Assembly: GCF_006345805.1 (NCBI RefSeq) | Contig: NW_021823651.1 | Span: 1-21,657 of the forward strand | Reading direction: 5' to 3' | DNA length: 21,657 nt | Origin: Octopus sinensis | Taxonomy: Eukaryota | Shown: positions 18,669 through 21,657 of the stretch, piece after piece | Layout of the letters: each line of letters starts with the position of its first letter | Numbering within the stretch: the first letter of the stretch is position 1 | Program-made: the position numbers and the translations under genes | The notes under the pieces: generated by a model | Seen by the model: only the letters and a program-made list of their open reading frames with translations | Database searches by the model: none | Told to the model about the DNA's origin: nothing

Positions 18669-19393
18669 GTTTTACTTATTTGAATATATATTTTTTCTTA
18701 AGAAGAAATTTTGTTCATGTTGTGTGTGATGAAATTCACGAGTGAATGACTTCACAAGTAGATAAATAAAGAGGGGTGATTGGTTGCCGTTATTATTCTT
18801 ATTGTTGTGGGTTAGGGAGATAACTGTTCAGCTTTCGGTAATGGGAAAGGTATATATATGTGTACAGACAGAGACAAGTTTCAAAAACCTTGTTTAGTGA
18901 GGGGATTTATGTAGTGATGTAATCGTTAATTGAAATATGTAAAAAGATAAAAGTTGGTTATGCGTGCATATTAAGACGTGTTTTGTATTTTTCAACGAAA
19001 AAAGTTTCTTTATTTAAACGTTCTTGCGGAGATATTGTGTCTTTGCACTGGTAGAAGGGGAAGACTGTGAAATTTGGTTTGATGTTATCTGCACATTTTT
19101 CTTTATGTTCACTGAGAGGAATTTGTCTGTATTGCAGGAAACGTATTTGCTCTTTATGTAGAGTGGTTCTCTTTCTCAAGGTCATACTCGTTTGTCTAAT
19201 ATAGTGGTGTCCGCAACCCGAGCAGGTTTTTACATAAATTAGGTTCTCAGAGGCACAAGTGTAACTAGTTTTAATTGTGAACGTCTGTCCTTGTTTGAAA
19301 AGGAAATCCGAGCCTTCAAGCAGGTTGGGACAGGTTCTACAGTTTGGGTGTCCACATTTTTCAACTGTTGGTTTCGTGGTTGTTTTTTAAAGA
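18638..19393 (-). mobile_element. Penelope-like element 3' fragment (GIY-YIG endonuclease plus terminal repeat region)
   Basis: Minus strand encodes TVEKCGHPNCRTCPNLLEG ... TCASENLIYVKTCSGCGHHYIRQTSMTLRKRTTLH ... ERLNKETFFVEKYKTRLN: Cys-rich linker plus LIY/YIG-type motif, R and E residues and LN terminus. Confidence 0.9.
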
Positions 19394-20067
19394 GTGGCTG
19401 CATGGATCCTTAGACCATTCAGAACCAGAAATAAGGATGTCTTGCTACTCCTATGTAGGACATTTATCCTCAGTCGTAAGGATTATTACTCCCAGCTGTG
19501 GTCACCGCAGAACATCAGTTCCGTAGCAAAACTTGAGGCAATGCAACGCCACTACACAAAGGAGATTGACAAAGGGAACCACATGAGCTACTGAGAGAGG
19601 ATACAAGAACTGAAGCTCTACTCATTGGAGGGAAGGCGAGAAAGCTATGCAGTGACATACACATGGAAGATTGTGGAAGATCTAGCTCCCATCTTTGGAA
19701 TTAAAAGCTATACCAATCACCAAACTGGACGGTACTGCATAGTACCAAAGTTAACGCCTTCTTCATCTCAGATTAGGACAAATATTGCATCACTTTGGGT
19801 ATCAGGGGACCATAAGTGTCTAACATTCTTCTAAGGAGCCTAAGAGATGTGCAAGATATACATGTGGAAACGTACAAAAAGCAACGGGTCAAATTTCCGT
19901 CTGAAATCCGAGATGAACCCACATCGCGGCAGCAGAAACAAAGATGAGTAGCATCGTCTAATTTGCTTTTTTCACCAAAAACAGTACCGAAAGGGGACAG
20001 AAAAACACTGAGAGTCAGAGCTCCAGCATGGCCATAGGTTCTGGTTGAAAGCAGTAAAAGAATAAAA
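19394..20067 (+). mobile_element. CR1-group LINE 3' fragment (ORF2 C-terminus plus 3' UTR), degenerate
   Basis: WILRPFRTRNKDVLLLLCRTFILSRKDYYSQLWSPQNISSVAKLEAMQRHYTKEI...MSY*ERIQELKLYSLEGRRE matches the CR1/L2-type EY...W.P...LE.VQR..Y.ERL..L.L.SLE.RR pattern. It ends ...AGTAAAAGAATAAAA. Confidence 0.85.
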
Positions 20068-20226
20068 TTATATATTTACACACACACACACACACACACA
20101 CTCACACAAACACATTCACACACTCACATGCATGTATATATATATATATTTATATGTGGAGAGCGAGCAACACGTTTTATTAAATAATAGAATTGTTTCA
20201 TCACTCACCACTCCACCCCAAACTGA

Positions 20227-20284
<58 letters not shown>

Positions 20285-20419
20285 ATATACATATATTTAT
20301 ATATACGTATGGATATACACCATATAATATATATATAATGTATAAGTAATATTTACGTGTGTGTGTGTTTATGTGTGTATGCATATATATATTCTATACT
20401 TTTGGATTTAATTAAATTT

Positions 20420-20662
20420 CAGTGCTTACATTCAATTATATCAATCGCATACATATTGGAAGAATATTCCACAAGACGAATTGAAATCCTAAGCAAAGCT
20501 TTATTCCTTGCACAAAATGGTCATTTGAAGAATTTTCTCATAAATTTCAGAAACGACTACATTCCGGTGAAAAGCTGTTGTGAATCCGTCTCGAATTTGT
20601 TAATTTCCGGGAATGAAGAACTGTGGGAATATGTGCAAAGGAATCTTGGAAATATCTTTTAA
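20420..20662 (+). CDS. Unidentified stop-free frame or candidate terminal exon
   Basis: AAATTTCAG acceptor-like site near 20422, then CLHSIISIAYILEEYSTRRIEILSKALFLAQNGHLKNFLINFRNDYIPVKSCCESVSNLLISGNEELWEYVQRNLGNIF*. No homology recognised. Confidence 0.2.
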   Translation, partial: QCLHSIISIAYILEEYSTRRIEILSKALFLAQNGHLKNFLINFRNDYIPVKSCCESVSNLLISGNEELWEYVQRNLGNIF

Positions 20663-21009
20663 AAATCTTCGGCATAAAAACTTATTTCTGAATTTTTGGT
20701 TTGAAAGAAGCGAATCTAAGAAGAAAATTTAGATTAAAAGGCATTTCAAATTTTCGACTATTATGTATATGTGTATATGTGTGAATGTTTGTATGAACGA
20801 AGGTGTATGTATATAAGTATGTAGATAATTATATATGTTTATGGCTGCTTGTCTACATGTGTGAGTATCTGTCTCTTTATGAATTTATCTAAACGCACAC
20901 GTAGATGCGTATTTATGTGTATATGTATACACATTCGAGACCATGGCAGTGTGTGTATATCTCTATGAGTGCCACGGAGTGTGCGTGTGCTTCTGTATCC
21001 ATGTGTAAG

Positions 21010-21013
21010 TATA

Positions 21014-21071
<58 letters not shown>

Positions 21072-21133
21072 CTATATATATTATATATATATGTATATAT
21101 ATATATGTCTATATATATATATCTATATATTAC

Positions 21134-21185
<52 letters not shown>

Positions 21186-21400
21186 ATATATGAATGTGAG
21201 TATATAAGATTCCGTTACAATTAGCATCTCTGAATATCTATATATATGTGTGTGTAAATGCTTGTACATACATATATATATACATATATATATACATATA
21301 TTATATATATATATATATATAATATAATATATATCTATAATATATATATAATACATCCATACATACATACATACATACATACATATAAATATACATAGAT
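21010..21400. repeat. (TA)n-rich compound microsatellite with (CATA)n end
   Basis: Directly visible. Confidence 0.95.
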
Positions 21401-21657
21401 GCAGAGAGAAAAATGAAAGAGACCATTATCCTGATACTTTTTCACTCTTAGATCGGATTTAAAAGAATTATAAACAATCTTATCTCCATTTTATGAATAA
21501 TCCGAGCGAGTAAATTTAAAATCTTACTGAGAAAAGGCAACGACTTCGAGAAATTACCATCGACAGTGTATCTATATATTATATATATATATATATATAT
21601 ATCTATATATATATATATATATACTTAAAAACATACCACTCGCATGTATTCATACAC

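Noticed and set aside
1-21657. CRISPR arrays, rRNA, prokaryotic operons or defence systems
   Set aside because: No regularly spaced repeat-spacer units, no rRNA-like sequence and no gene-dense organisation; the DNA is eukaryotic and repeat-derived.

Overview
AT-rich eukaryotic DNA packed with microsatellites and transposon debris. The SINE families and simple-repeat landscape look like a cephalopod (Octopus) genome; this is recognition from memory, not a search result. I see no intact protein-coding gene, rRNA, functional tRNA or CRISPR array, and most ORFs in the track are microsatellite artefacts. Supported content: (1) three tRNA-derived SINE families, here called A, B and C; (2) two 3' fragments of an L1/Tx1-like LINE; (3) R4/Dong-like REL-endonuclease LINE pseudogenes; (4) an internally deleted mariner with both TIRs; (5) a Penelope GIY-YIG fragment; (6) a CR1-like LINE 3' fragment; (7) a ~315-bp near-perfect palindrome; (8) two degenerate hammerhead-ribozyme motifs. 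Most interesting leads: (a) different LINE families each sit inside their own microsatellite class (TATC, TAA, CATA), suggesting sequence-specific targeting; (b) two apparent template-switch chimeric retro-insertions; (c) a decayed, intronless minus-strand reading frame of unknown family (3637-6030, possibly extending to ~10020) that could be an endogenous viral or old transposon fossil; (d) a possible in-frame exon pair at 1171-1438.
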